Below are positions 27,574 to 37,953 of a stretch of 53,949 nucleotides of DNA, one piece after another. The notes beneath the pieces are model-generated. The model did not search any database. It had not been told where the DNA came from and worked only from the letters and a program-made list of their open reading frames with translations. How positions within the stretch are numbered: position 1 is the first letter of the stretch; the number at the start of each line of letters is the position of its first letter. This DNA comes from an uncultured Geobacter sp. (GTDB lineage Bacteria; Myxococcota_A; UBA9160; JADFDR01). The stretch is taken from NCBI GenBank assembly GCA_964424225.1, contig CAYRID010000004.1:1-53949 (forward strand). Reading direction: 5' to 3'. The translations under genes were made by a program, and so were the position numbers.

Positions 27574-28859
27574 AGGCGGAAATCTTGACCGTCGGCGACG
27601 AATTGTTGCGCGGCGAAATTCTCGACTTGAACAAGAGTTTTCTTGCTGAGCGGCTTCTCGAAATTGGAATCGAGACTCATTGGCAGACGTCCGTGCGCGA
27701 TGATTGCGACGCGATGATCGATGCATTTCGAAATGCTGCCAAACGCAGTGATGTGGTTTTGGTTTCGGGTGGTCTTGGCCCGACGCGCGACGATCTGACG
27801 AGCGAGGCGCTGGCTCAAGCCTTCGGGCGCAAACTTGTTTTCGACGCTGCATCGTTGCAGGAGATTGAACGCTACTTCGCCGAACTTGGCCGCAAGATGG
27901 CCGAAAGCAACGCCAAGCAAGCTTATTTTCCGGAAGATGCAGAGATTTTGCAGAATTCCGTCGGTACGGCACCGGGCTTTTGTTTGCGCGAAGGAAAGAG
28001 TTGGTTTTTTTGTCTGCCGGGCGTGCCCACAGAACTGATGTCAATGATGCACGAAAGTGTTTTGCCACGCCTGAAGAAACAAAGTGTCCTACAAAAAGAA
28101 GTGTCGAAAACGATTTTGTTGCGCACGTTTGGAATGGGAGAGTCCTTGCTTGAGGACATGCTTGCGGATTGCTTCCACGAAGAAGGCGTCACACTTGGGT
28201 TCCGCACTGCATTTCCGGAAAATTTCCTTCGGCTCTCGGCCAAAGCACCGACGCTGCGTGAGGCACAGGAGCGGCTTGAACGGGCCAAGGCGCTTTTGTT
28301 GGCGCGACTTGGTGATGTTGTTTGCGGTGACGAAAAAACAGATCTTGAAAGCATCGTGGTTGCACTGCTTCGCAAATCGTGCCGAACGCTTTCTGTCGCA
28401 GAATCGTGTACGGGCGGATTGATTGCGCAGCGGCTTACCTCGGTGCCGGGTGCATCGGAAGTTTTTTGGGGAGGAGTCGTGGCCTACGCCAATGCGGCGA
28501 AGGAACGCCTGCTTGGCGTCGATTTCTCGCTTCTTGCCGAGCATGGTGCGGTTTCTGCGCCGGTGGCACGCGCCATGGCGGAGGGGGTGCGTAAGCAGTT
28601 TTCTACGCATTTTGGTGTTGCAAGTACGGGTATTTCGGGTCCTGGCGGAGGCAGTGCAGAAAAGCCGCAAGGGCTTGCCTACGTTGCACTGGCGAGTGAT
28701 GGGGGTGAAACGCAAGTGCGTTCGTTTTGTGCTGCATTCGAACGTAGTCGCCACCGCTTTCTTACGTCGCAAGTGGCGCTTGATGGCCTGCGCCGCCAAT
28801 TGCTCGGTTTGGAGTGGAATTTGAATTTTTCTGGGGGTGTTGCGCAGGCTCCGGATTGA
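27570..28859 (+). CDS. cinA: Competence/damage-inducible protein CinA (MocF-like plus PncC domains)
   Basis: VGDELLRGEI, GGLGPTRDDLT, GTAPG, LPGVPTE, AESCTGG, GAVS, TGISGPGGG. Confidence 0.93.
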   Translation: MKAEILTVGDELLRGEILDLNKSFLAERLLEIGIETHWQTSVRDDCDAMIDAFRNAAKRSDVVLVSGGLGPTRDDLTSEALAQAFGRKLVFDAASLQEIERYFAELGRKMAESNAKQAYFPEDAEILQNSVGTAPGFCLREGKSWFFCLPGVPTELMSMMHESVLPRLKKQSVLQKEVSKTILLRTFGMGESLLEDMLADCFHEEGVTLGFRTAFPENFLRLSAKAPTLREAQERLERAKALLLARLGDVVCGDEKTDLESIVVALLRKSCRTLSVAESCTGGLIAQRLTSVPGASEVFWGGVVAYANAAKERLLGVDFSLLAEHGAVSAPVARAMAEGVRKQFSTHFGVASTGISGPGGGSAEKPQGLAYVALASDGGETQVRSFCAAFERSRHRFLTSQVALDGLRRQLLGLEWNLNFSGGVAQAPD

Positions 28860-28957
28860 AACAGGGATCGCAGCGATGCGAGAGGTCTCGGGCAAATCGC
28901 AAAAGGTCAAAAAACAAGAATGAAATGGAGAATGGGAAACCAAGAGGAGAATGAGAA

Positions 28958-30043
28958 ATGACACAAAATAGTGAACAGAGCAAAAAGGCCAGCAAGAAGG
29001 GCGCAGGCATCGAGGAAAAACGCAAAGCCATTGAGGCCGCTGTGTCGACGATTGAAAAGCAATTTGGAAAGGGTGCGATCTTTACCTTGAACGAAGAGGC
29101 GATCAATCGCGAGATCGATTTCTTCTCGTCGGGTTCTCCGAGTTTGGACCTTGCGCTTGGAATCGGCGGTTATCCGAAGGGTCGTGTGATTGAAATTTTT
29201 GGTCCGGAGTCGAGCGGCAAGACGACGTTGATGTTGCACGCCGTCGCCGAATGCCAGAAAAAAGGTGGCGTTGCCGCTTTCGTCGATGCGGAGCATGCAC
29301 TGGATGTTGGTTATGCGCGCAAGCTTGGTGTCGATGTCGAAAATCTTCTTGTTTCGCAGCCCGACACCGGCGAGCAAGCGCTTGAAATCGTCGACATGTT
29401 GGTGCGCTCGGGGGCCGTGGATTTGGTTGTGGTTGACTCGGTGGCGGCTCTCGTGCCGCGCGCGGAAATCGAGGGCGAGATGGGAGATGCCCATGTGGGT
29501 TTGCAGGCGCGGCTCATGAGCCAAGCGTTGCGAAAACTCACAGCGACAGCGGCAAAATCGGGCACCACGATCGCGTTCATCAATCAGATCCGAATGAAGA
29601 TTGGTGTGATGTTCGGCAATCCGGAAACCACCACTGGTGGCAACGCATTGAAGTTTTATTCGTCGGTGCGGCTTGATGTGCGGCGTATTGGTGCGATCAA
29701 GGAGGGTGAGGAGGTCATTGGTAGCCGAACGCGCGTGAAGGTTGTCAAAAACAAAGTGGCGCCGCCCTTTCGTCAGGCCGAGTTCGATATTCTCTACGAC
29801 CAGGGCATCTCGAAAGAAGGTGATCTGCTCGATCTTGCTGCGGAGGCGAACATCATCGAGAAGAGTGGTGCTTGGTACTCGTATTCGGGAGAGCGGATTG
29901 GTCAAGGACGCGAAAACGCGCGCACCTTTTTGAAGGGGAATCCGGAGGTCTGCCAACGGATTGCCGAGGCGGTGTATGCGACCAAGGGCTTGAAGCAGCC
30001 GGTGCCGGCGCGAGACTCCGATGAGTCGGAGGATGCCGAGTAA
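28958..30043 (+). CDS. recA: Recombinase RecA
   Basis: [65 protein letters not shown]. Confidence 0.99.
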   Translation: MTQNSEQSKKASKKGAGIEEKRKAIEAAVSTIEKQFGKGAIFTLNEEAINREIDFFSSGSPSLDLALGIGGYPKGRVIEIFGPESSGKTTLMLHAVAECQKKGGVAAFVDAEHALDVGYARKLGVDVENLLVSQPDTGEQALEIVDMLVRSGAVDLVVVDSVAALVPRAEIEGEMGDAHVGLQARLMSQALRKLTATAAKSGTTIAFINQIRMKIGVMFGNPETTTGGNALKFYSSVRLDVRRIGAIKEGEEVIGSRTRVKVVKNKVAPPFRQAEFDILYDQGISKEGDLLDLAAEANIIEKSGAWYSYSGERIGQGRENARTFLKGNPEVCQRIAEAVYATKGLKQPVPARDSDESEDAE

Positions 30044-30110
30044 AAGCTGCAAAGGTTTGCGCAAAGGCGGGTCGGGGCGAACGAACGATTGGAACGTCGC
30101 AGGCAAGACC

Positions 30111-30160
30111 AATTGAACAGTGCGGAGGTTTGGCGAAAGGCCACCTCCGCACTGTCAATT
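30111..30160 (+). terminator. Long GC-rich hairpin downstream of recA (terminator or RNA stability element)
   Basis: acagtgcggaggt pairs perfectly with acctccgcactgt (13 bp), extended by aattg/caatt; inner ggc-gaaag-gcc. Confidence 0.5.
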
Positions 30161-30329
30161 TGCGCATCGTTCATTCAGGCAGGGCTCAAGGGACGCGGCG
30201 ATTAAGTCGAAAGATATTCTCGTAGGCGAGTGTTTTTTCGCTCATTTTCATCTTCGAGCAGATAGTCGAACACAGTCTCAGAACGACGCAGATTCGTGAT
30301 ATGCCAAAACTGGAGGGCGCGGACTCGCT

Positions 30330-31562
30330 ATGGAATTGAACGATATTTTGAAGGTGGCTCTCAAGGGGGGCGCTTCGGACATTCACTGCAAAGCAGGTCT
30401 GCCGCCGATGTTTCGCGTCGATGGTGCTTTGGTTCCGTTAAAAAATGGCGAACGCCTCTTGCCCGACACACTGAAGAAGATGGCTTACGGGATCATGAAT
30501 CCGGTGCAGCGCGAGCGTTATGAGTCGCATCATGAAGCCGACTTGGCGTATGGCATTCCGGGTTTGGGTCGCTTCCGCGTCAATGTGTTTCAGCAGCGCG
30601 GGACGGTGGGTATCGTTTTTCGCGTGATCCCATTTAGCGTCAAGACGGTTGATCAGCTGCATCTTCCGCCGGTGGTGGCAAATATCGCACTCGAACACCG
30701 TGGTTTGATTTTGGTGACGGGAACGACGGGCTCGGGAAAGTCGACGACACTTGCGGCAATGATCGAGCACATCAATACGAATCGCACTTGTCACATCGTT
30801 ACCGTCGAAGATCCGATTGAATTTTTGTTGCGCGATCGCCGCTCGATCGTAAATCAACGCGAGATCGGTGCCGACACACTGAGTTTTGCGGCGGCGATGC
30901 GTGCGTCGCTACGCCAAGATCCGGATGTAATTCTCGTCGGAGAAATGCGCGATCTCGAAACTGTGGAAACCGCACTCACGGCGGCGGAAACCGGCCATTT
31001 GGTGATGAGTACGTTGCACACGCTCGACGCAACGGAAACAATCAACCGCATTATTTCAGTGTTTCCACCCTATCAACAGCGCCAAGTGCGGTTGCAACTT
31101 TCGAGTATTTTGAAGGCTGTGATTTCGCAGCGCCTTGTGCCGCGCGCCGACGGAAGAGGGCGCGTTCCTGCACTCGAAGTGATGGTAGCGAGTGCGCGCA
31201 TTCGCGAGTGTATTGCCGACAAGGATCGCACGAAAGAAATTCATGAAGCCATCGCAGGCGGTTACACAACTTACGGTATGCAGACTTTTGATCAATCGTT
31301 GATGAGTTTAGTGAAGCAAGGTCTCGTGACGTACGAAGAAGCCTTGAACCATGTGTCGAACGTCGATGATTTTGCCCTTCGGTACAAAGGGATTTCGGGA
31401 ACTTCCGATGGTGGTTGGGACGACTTCGAGAAGTCGGGTGGTGATGAAGCGGCGAGCGGCAAGCAAGCCGCGGGTGGGGATGCCGCATTCTTCGAGGACG
31501 ACTCCAGCACACCCGTTCCGCCCGAGGAGGGTGATCTCAACCTCGACATTGAGCGTTTTTGA
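30330..31562 (+). CDS. Type IV pilus retraction ATPase, PilT/PilU family paralog
   Basis: ASDIH, RFRVNVFQQRG, Walker A GTTGSGKST, EDPIE, LRQDPDVILVGEMRD, His box TLHT, GMQTFDQSL. Confidence 0.92.
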   Translation: MELNDILKVALKGGASDIHCKAGLPPMFRVDGALVPLKNGERLLPDTLKKMAYGIMNPVQRERYESHHEADLAYGIPGLGRFRVNVFQQRGTVGIVFRVIPFSVKTVDQLHLPPVVANIALEHRGLILVTGTTGSGKSTTLAAMIEHINTNRTCHIVTVEDPIEFLLRDRRSIVNQREIGADTLSFAAAMRASLRQDPDVILVGEMRDLETVETALTAAETGHLVMSTLHTLDATETINRIISVFPPYQQRQVRLQLSSILKAVISQRLVPRADGRGRVPALEVMVASARIRECIADKDRTKEIHEAIAGGYTTYGMQTFDQSLMSLVKQGLVTYEEALNHVSNVDDFALRYKGISGTSDGGWDDFEKSGGDEAASGKQAAGGDAAFFEDDSSTPVPPEEGDLNLDIERF

Positions 31563-31751
31563 GTGCAAAAATTTCGATCCATGATTGTCACGACTTGCGC
31601 TTCGTATCGACGGTGATTCGTTCAATTTGGTTTTCAAACTTTGCGTTGCTTTGCTCGGGGTCTGCCACGGACAAGCGAGTCCGGTATAGTAGGCAGCCTT
31701 AATTTTTCGGGACACTCTCGTTTCGAAAATCCAAAGCAAGGAGCGCGTCCT

Positions 31752-34427
31752 ATGACGGTAGCGCCGCAAAAAACATCCAAAGCGCCCCAAACCAGTAGTG
31801 AGATTCGCGAAGCATTTTTGCGCTTCTTCGAAAGTCACGGTCATCGTCGTGTGGCGAGTGCTTCACTCATTCCCGCTTCGGATCCGACGTTGCTTTTCAC
31901 GAATGCCGGCATGGTGCCCTTCAAGCGTACTTTTCTGGGAGAAGAAACGCGCGATTACGTACGGGCCGTATCGTCGCAAAAGTGCATGCGTGTTTCGGGC
32001 AAGCACAACGACCTTGAAAATGTTGGTCGCACACCGCGGCACCATACCTTCTTCGAGATGCTCGGCAATTTCTCGTTTGGTGATTACTTCAAAGAAGATG
32101 CGATTCGCTACGCCTGGGAGTTTTTGACGCAAATTTTGCAAATCGCACCCGAGCGAATGGTGGTCTCGGTGTTTCACGAAGACGACGAAGCCTATGCGAT
32201 TTGGCGCGATCAAATTGGCCTTCCAGAGAAGAAAATTTTTCGCCTCGGAGAATCTGAAAACTTTTGGGCGATGGGTGACACAGGACCGTGTGGGCCATGC
32301 TCCGAGATTCACATGGATTTTGGCAAGCAAGATCGGTGCGCGCAGGACGATTGCGATCCGTCCTGCGATTGCGGGCGCTTTCTTGAAATTTGGAATCTCG
32401 TTTTCATGCAATACAATCGCGACGCTTCAGGGCAAATGGTGCGGCTTCCAAAACCGTCCATCGACACCGGTGCTGGGCTTGAGCGCATATCGGCCGTATT
32501 GCAAGGTGTGAAATCGAATTTTGACACAGATTTGTTTCGAAAAATCATTGCTTGTGCAGAAGAACTTTCTCAGACACGCAAAGGTGAGGATGCAGAGAAG
32601 GACGTATCGCTCAATGTCGTTGCGGATCACGCGCGCTCGGTCACTTTTTTGATTGGCGATGGTGTGCTTCCTTCCAATGAGGGACGCGGTTATGTGTTGC
32701 GTCGCATCTTGCGACGAGCCGCGCGCCATGGCGTACTGCTCGGGCTCAATGAGCCGTTCTTGTATCGCGTCGCCGAGACTGTGATTGATGAAATGTTGCC
32801 CGCGTATCCGGAGCTTTCCGAGCGTCGCGCGTACATTACGGATCGTATTCGTCGCGAAGAGGAGCGTTTTTCGGAGACGCTCTCCAAGGGCTTGGCGATT
32901 CTTGAGGCGGAGATCGCGCGTTTGCATGGCCAAGCTGTGCTGCAGGGCGATGTTGTATTCAAGCTCTACGATACCTACGGTTTTCCGCTTGATCTCACGG
33001 AGGACATCTTGCGCAGCCACGCCCTGCGCGTCGACCTGGCAGGCTTTGAAGCGGCAATGGAGGAGCAGCGTGCGCGTGCACGCGCGGCTTGGAAGGGGAG
33101 TGGCGATGCTTCCATCGACGAAGTGTATGGTCGGCTCGCGGCAGAGATCAAAACGACTTTTCATGGTTATGAAACGCTTGAACTCGTTTCGAGTGTGAAA
33201 GCAATTCTGACGAAAGAGGGGCTTGTCCACTCGGCTTCCGTCGGTGATCAGGTTGAACTTTTCTTTGCGGATACACCTTTCTATGCCGAAAGCGGTGGTC
33301 AGGTAGGCGACGTTGGCGCGCTCACGACGGCTGGGGGTGCGCGTGTGCGCATCACGAATACCAAAAAGCCCGTTGAGGGATTGGTGTCTCACATTGGTGT
33401 CGTTGAAGCAGGAATTTTGCGCATTGATGAGGATGCGACGCTTGGGGTTGATCGTGCGCTTCGTGCAGCGACGGTACGCAATCATTCGGGTACGCATCTT
33501 TTGCACGCGGCGCTCCGTCGCGTTTTGGGCCCGCAAGCGATGCAGAGAGGATCTCTCGTTGGGCCGGAACGCTTGCGTTTTGATTTCACGCACGATCAAG
33601 CATTGAGCGATGAGGAGATTGAACGCATCGAAGACTTGGTGAATTCGTGGATTGTTGCAAACGGTGCTCGAAGCGTGCGCGAGATGACATACTCGGAGGC
33701 GATTGAATCCGGCGCGATCGCCATCTTTGAAGAGAAATATGGCGACCGCGTGCGCGTGGTGCGCTTTGGTGAGGTTTCCACAGAATTGTGTGGTGGGACA
33801 CACGCACAAACAACCGGAGAGATTGGTTTTTGCAAGATCGTTTCAGAATCGGGTATCGCCGCAGGCGTTCGCCGTATTGAGGCGATGACGGGCGCGGGGG
33901 CCGTAGCGCATGTGCGTGCACAAGAGCGCGTGTTGAGTGAGGCAGCGGGTCTGCTCAAGGTTTCTCAACACGAAATTGTGTCGCGTATTGATAAGCTTTT
34001 GAAAGAGCGTCGTGGTGCGCAAAAGGAAATCGAAACGCTGCGGCGTTCCGGCGGTGCAGGTGTGCGCGATTTGTCGGCGCAGGCCAAAGAGATTGCGGGC
34101 ATTTCGGTGCTCGCAACGCGCGCGCCCGGTGTCGATGCGAAGGCGCTGCGCGATTTGGTCGATGATTATCGCCAGCGCATCAAGACGGGCATTGTGCTTT
34201 TGGCGACGGAATCCGACGGAAAAGTTGCGATCGCTCTTGGGGTGACGCCCGATTTGAAAGGGCGTTATCACGCTGGAGACTTGATTCGTGAAATTGCCGA
34301 GATCGTGGGCGGTAAAGGGGGTGGACGTCCCGATTTTGCACAAGCTGGCGGCAGTGATGCTTCAAAGATTGATGCCGCGATCGAAAAACTTTACGACCTT
34401 GTTACGGCGGTTGCGCAAGCAAGATAG
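31752..34427 (+). CDS. alaS: Alanine--tRNA ligase
   Basis: LLFTNAGMVPFK, HHTFFEMLGNFSFGDYFK, editing motifs HSGTH and ELCGGTH, C-terminal GGKGGGRPDFAQAGG. Start at ATG 31752. Confidence 0.98.
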   Translation: MTVAPQKTSKAPQTSSEIREAFLRFFESHGHRRVASASLIPASDPTLLFTNAGMVPFKRTFLGEETRDYVRAVSSQKCMRVSGKHNDLENVGRTPRHHTFFEMLGNFSFGDYFKEDAIRYAWEFLTQILQIAPERMVVSVFHEDDEAYAIWRDQIGLPEKKIFRLGESENFWAMGDTGPCGPCSEIHMDFGKQDRCAQDDCDPSCDCGRFLEIWNLVFMQYNRDASGQMVRLPKPSIDTGAGLERISAVLQGVKSNFDTDLFRKIIACAEELSQTRKGEDAEKDVSLNVVADHARSVTFLIGDGVLPSNEGRGYVLRRILRRAARHGVLLGLNEPFLYRVAETVIDEMLPAYPELSERRAYITDRIRREEERFSETLSKGLAILEAEIARLHGQAVLQGDVVFKLYDTYGFPLDLTEDILRSHALRVDLAGFEAAMEEQRARARAAWKGSGDASIDEVYGRLAAEIKTTFHGYETLELVSSVKAILTKEGLVHSASVGDQVELFFADTPFYAESGGQVGDVGALTTAGGARVRITNTKKPVEGLVSHIGVVEAGILRIDEDATLGVDRALRAATVRNHSGTHLLHAALRRVLGPQAMQRGSLVGPERLRFDFTHDQALSDEEIERIEDLVNSWIVANGARSVREMTYSEAIESGAIAIFEEKYGDRVRVVRFGEVSTELCGGTHAQTTGEIGFCKIVSESGIAAGVRRIEAMTGAGAVAHVRAQERVLSEAAGLLKVSQHEIVSRIDKLLKERRGAQKEIETLRRSGGAGVRDLSAQAKEIAGISVLATRAPGVDAKALRDLVDDYRQRIKTGIVLLATESDGKVAIALGVTPDLKGRYHAGDLIREIAEIVGGKGGGRPDFAQAGGSDASKIDAAIEKLYDLVTAVAQAR

Positions 34428-34436
34428 GATCGAGTC

Positions 34437-36557
34437 GTGGCGGTGCAGCAAAATTCTCTTTGTCAATTTTCTTCTGCGCGGCGTATGACACGCGAAGTGC
34501 GCATTGGTGCGGTGGCGGTCGGCGGCCAAAATCCCCTGCGTATCCAGTCGATGACGAATACCAATACACTCGACACGGAAGCGACGGTGGCGCAGATCGC
34601 GGCACTAGCACAGGCAGGATGTGAGATCGTACGTTTAGCCGTGCCTTCAAGTCGAGATGCTGAAAACCTGGCAGCAATTCGCGAACGAATGACACAAATC
34701 GGTGTTTGTGTGCCGCTTGTGGCGGATATTCATTTTGCACCCAAAATTGCACTGATTGCCGCTGAGCACGTCGAGAAAATTCGGATCAACCCTGGAAATT
34801 ATGCCGATCGCAAGCATTTCGAAGTGCGCGAGTACAGCGATGCGGAATACACCGACGAGATTGCACGCGTAGCAGAAATGTTTCGCCCGCTTGTGCGCCG
34901 CTGCAAAGAATTGCAACGAGCACTGCGCATCGGTACGAACCATGGCTCACTTTCGGATCGAATCTTAAATCGTTTTGGTGACACACCAGAAGGTATGGTT
35001 GAAAGTGCGCTTGAATTTTTGGATGTTTGCGAAGCTGAAAATTACTTTGATGTTATTTTCAGCATGAAGGCCAGCAATCCGCGTGTGATGATCCATGCTT
35101 ATCGTTTGCTTGCTGCAAAACTTGCTGCACGCGCGCCAGGACAGCCAAGTTATCCGTTCCATCTTGGTGTCACGGAGGCGGGAGATGGTGAGGAGGGTCG
35201 CATAAAAAGCGCAATCGGTATCGGTGCGTTGCTCGAAGACGGCATTGGGGACACGATCCGTGTTTCTTTGACGGAAAGTCCGGTCGCCGAAGTGCCTGTT
35301 GCAAAGTTGCTTGCGCGCCGTTACGCCAAGCGCTGGAGCGAAGGCAGAACGACGTCGAGTTTTGACGATGCGCGCCCGCAGGACACCGCAGTTTTTTTCA
35401 AGACCAATTTTTCGGATATTTATTCGCGCCGTGCGACGCGGACTTTGCCGCGCTGGAGCGGTGTACCGTCGGTATTCACGGCACGAAAAATTGGGACGGA
35501 TACGAAAAACTTTGCTTTGGGTGGTGAAAACCCGGTGCGAGTCGAACTTGCGACCGGAAAGCTGCCTCACGATATAGCATCCTACGCAAAAATGTTTTAT
35601 TCGAGTTTGCTGCGTACGCGCGATTTGCGGTGTGAAGGCGTCGTCGTCGAAGTCGATTCGGAAGGGGAAGCATTGCGTGCCGAAGAGTTTGCGTGCGCGC
35701 TTGCAAGTCGCGGTTTCGAAGCCCCACTCTCTCTACTTATTGCACCCAATTGCGACATTCATCCTACGGCACGGGTCTCGCGTTGGATCGTTGTGATCAC
35801 GCCGGAAAGCGACATGGCAACATTGAGTGCGTTGCGCGAACGCGCCCGAGCCGCTGCATTGCCGATCGAATGGCGTTGCCAAGGTACGCCTGCGCAGATT
35901 CAGAAACTCGCAGATCAACTCGTAGATCTGTATGGCGTTTCGACGGCAGAAAATTTTCTTGTTTCGGTGGATAGTGCATTTGCAATTTTTGCATTGCGTG
36001 CGTTGCTTACTCGATTGCACGCGCGCGGCTTCGATAAAAATCCTGTGGTTCTACACGAAAAAATGTATAGCTCAATGCGTGGCGCTGCAAGCGAACAAGA
36101 TGCGCAGCTGCTCGATACGGCGATTGACCTTGGCGTGCCCCTCAGCGACGGAATCGGCGATGCAATCGTCATCGACAGCGTATTCAATCCCAATCAAGCA
36201 CTCAATTTTGGATACCGAATTTTGCAAGCGGCTCGCAGCCGTATTTCGCGTGCAGAATTCGTTTCGTGTCCTTCGTGTGGACGCACGCTTTTCGATCTGG
36301 AAGAGGTGACGGCGCGCATCAAAGCGCGTACAGGACATTTGCAAGGCGTATCGATTGCAATCATGGGCTGCATCGTCAATGGCCTTGGTGAAATGGCCGA
36401 CGCAGATTTTGGTTACGTCGGTTCTGGGCCCGGCAAGATCAATCTTTATGTCAGGAAAGAACTTATGCTGCGGAACGTGGATCAAGCAGAGGCTGAAGAT
36501 CGCTTGGTCGATTTGATTCGCGAGCGCAATCGGTGGATTGATCCACCGTCAGAATAG
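34437..36557 (+). CDS. ispG: HMBPP synthase IspG, long form
   Basis: QSMTNT, PLVADIHF, RINPGN, RIGTNHGSL, HLGVTEAG, GIGDTIRVSLT, Fe-S ligands SCPSCGR and MGCIVNG. Confidence 0.95.
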   Translation: MAVQQNSLCQFSSARRMTREVRIGAVAVGGQNPLRIQSMTNTNTLDTEATVAQIAALAQAGCEIVRLAVPSSRDAENLAAIRERMTQIGVCVPLVADIHFAPKIALIAAEHVEKIRINPGNYADRKHFEVREYSDAEYTDEIARVAEMFRPLVRRCKELQRALRIGTNHGSLSDRILNRFGDTPEGMVESALEFLDVCEAENYFDVIFSMKASNPRVMIHAYRLLAAKLAARAPGQPSYPFHLGVTEAGDGEEGRIKSAIGIGALLEDGIGDTIRVSLTESPVAEVPVAKLLARRYAKRWSEGRTTSSFDDARPQDTAVFFKTNFSDIYSRRATRTLPRWSGVPSVFTARKIGTDTKNFALGGENPVRVELATGKLPHDIASYAKMFYSSLLRTRDLRCEGVVVEVDSEGEALRAEEFACALASRGFEAPLSLLIAPNCDIHPTARVSRWIVVITPESDMATLSALRERARAAALPIEWRCQGTPAQIQKLADQLVDLYGVSTAENFLVSVDSAFAIFALRALLTRLHARGFDKNPVVLHEKMYSSMRGAASEQDAQLLDTAIDLGVPLSDGIGDAIVIDSVFNPNQALNFGYRILQAARSRISRAEFVSCPSCGRTLFDLEEVTARIKARTGHLQGVSIAIMGCIVNGLGEMADADFGYVGSGPGKINLYVRKELMLRNVDQAEAEDRLVDLIRERNRWIDPPSE

Positions 36558-36585
36558 TCCAAGTGACATTTTTTTGTGTTTCGAA

Positions 36586-37098
36586 TTAATTTGATTGCGC
36601 TGGTGCCAAAGAAACGCTGGGGAGAGTGTCGCTCGGTTTTGCTTTGGCGATTTTTTCGATTTGTTCGAGTGTGGCAAGAGATTGCGAATCTTTGACGAGC
36701 CGATGTTCTTTGCCCAGCACGAGCATCGTCAGCGTGAGCAAAATCCCGGCTACGAGCAAACCTTCGGCAGCGCCGAGGAGACCTCCTGCGCTGCGATCTG
36801 CCCATCCAAGTCCGACGGCCTGAGCGCCGCGCTGCAAAAGCCTCCCGAGCAACGCAACAAAGAAAAGAGTCAACACCACAATGAGAACTCCGCAGCCGAC
36901 GCGCACGATCCATTCAGGCCATTCGCGGTTGGTGACGTCGAGGAGCGCCTGCGCCGCAGGCGATGCGCCAAAGCGCACGGCAAGCGACGCAGCAATCAAG
37001 CCAGCGATGGAGAAAAGTTCACGAATCAAGCCGAGAAAAATTCCGCGCACGGTGGCTACGCCGAGAATCGTGAGCACAGCGATATCGGCGGAGACCAT
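36586..37098 (-). CDS. cvpA: CvpA / colicin V production family membrane protein
   Basis: From ATG 37098 (SD AGGAG): DIAVLTIL...RGIFLGLIRELFS...LGWADRSAGGLLG. The 5' part of the tracked 337-aa ORF overlaps the TPR gene and is not real. Confidence 0.85.
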   Translation of the reverse strand: MVSADIAVLTILGVATVRGIFLGLIRELFSIAGLIAASLAVRFGASPAAQALLDVTNREWPEWIVRVGCGVLIVVLTLFFVALLGRLLQRGAQAVGLGWADRSAGGLLGAAEGLLVAGILLTLTMLVLGKEHRLVKDSQSLATLEQIEKIAKAKPSDTLPSVSLAPAQSN

Positions 37099-37108
37099 CC
37101 GGTTGCTC

Positions 37109-37840
37109 CTAGCTCGCGACCGAGATGCGTTGATCGACGTCGAGTTTCGCCAGCATGTCGAGGTACATCTTGGCTTCGCGGCTTGCGGGATTTTTTGCGA
37201 GCAAGCTTCCCCACTCGTGCATCGCGAGTTCAACTTTTCCGATGGTGTAATAGGTGAGGCCAAGTTGTACGGCCGCGATTTGGGAGTCGGGTTGTTGGCG
37301 AAGTACGCGTTGCAGTTCTTGAATCGCTTGATCGGGTAGCCCGAGGTCGCGAAGCGTCGTCGCGAGGCGGATGCGAATATCGTGAAAGTCCGGGCAGCGA
37401 TACAGCGCTTTGCGATATGCCTCGGCCGCATTGCGCAGTTCACCGACATCGCGAAACGCGTCGCCAAGGCTTGCTTGCATATTCGCAAGTTTGCCACGGG
37501 TTGTGCGATCGAGTCCGTCGGCTGCGGGACTCGTTGCGCTTTGTGCGCGATTTGCGAGCACGCTCGCCTTTTCAAAATTACCTTGTTGCTCGTAAACACA
37601 TGCGAGTGCCATCAAGGCCTCGACGTACGCCGGGTTGAGTTCGATTGCAGTTTCGAGACTGCGCGCAGCGGCAAAGAGGTTGCCTTGCTGTTCAAAGGCG
37701 AGCCCGGCCCAGTAGTGCACGTCGGCAAATTCAGGACAGCTCTTGGCGAGTTCGCAGAAATATTTGATCGCGGCATCGGTTTCGCCACAGGACAAGCGCT
37801 CTTGACCGAGCGTGAAGTTCAAGCGTTGCGTTTCGTTCAT
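37109..37840 (-). CDS. Tetratricopeptide-repeat protein
   Basis: Repeated TPR units: FADVHYWAG...AIELNPAYVEA; LGDAF...YRKAL..CPDF; AVQLGLTYY. Confidence 0.85.
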   Translation of the reverse strand: MNETQRLNFTLGQERLSCGETDAAIKYFCELAKSCPEFADVHYWAGLAFEQQGNLFAAARSLETAIELNPAYVEALMALACVYEQQGNFEKASVLANRAQSATSPAADGLDRTTRGKLANMQASLGDAFRDVGELRNAAEAYRKALYRCPDFHDIRIRLATTLRDLGLPDQAIQELQRVLRQQPDSQIAAVQLGLTYYTIGKVELAMHEWGSLLAKNPASREAKMYLDMLAKLDVDQRISVAS

Positions 37841-37953
37841 TGCATTTTCCTCCCGCCAATTTGGGCGTCGAGCCGCTTACACAGGCTTTTCCCGATCGAA
37901 AAAGCGTACGCAAGGGCGTGTGTTCGTGGTGGGGGGATTGACTAGAGCGAACC

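Noticed and set aside
26853-30112. Long minus-strand ORFs (355, 354, 291 and 401 aa) opposite pgpA-cinA-recA
   Set aside because: Antisense shadows of well-supported conserved genes.
32427-33809. 460-aa minus-strand ORF inside alaS
   Set aside because: Antisense shadow typical of GC-biased codon usage.
36586-37599. 337-aa tracked ORF as a TPR-CvpA fusion or extended CvpA
   Set aside because: The 5' half is an alternative frame over the TPR gene; CvpA has its own SD and ATG at 37098.
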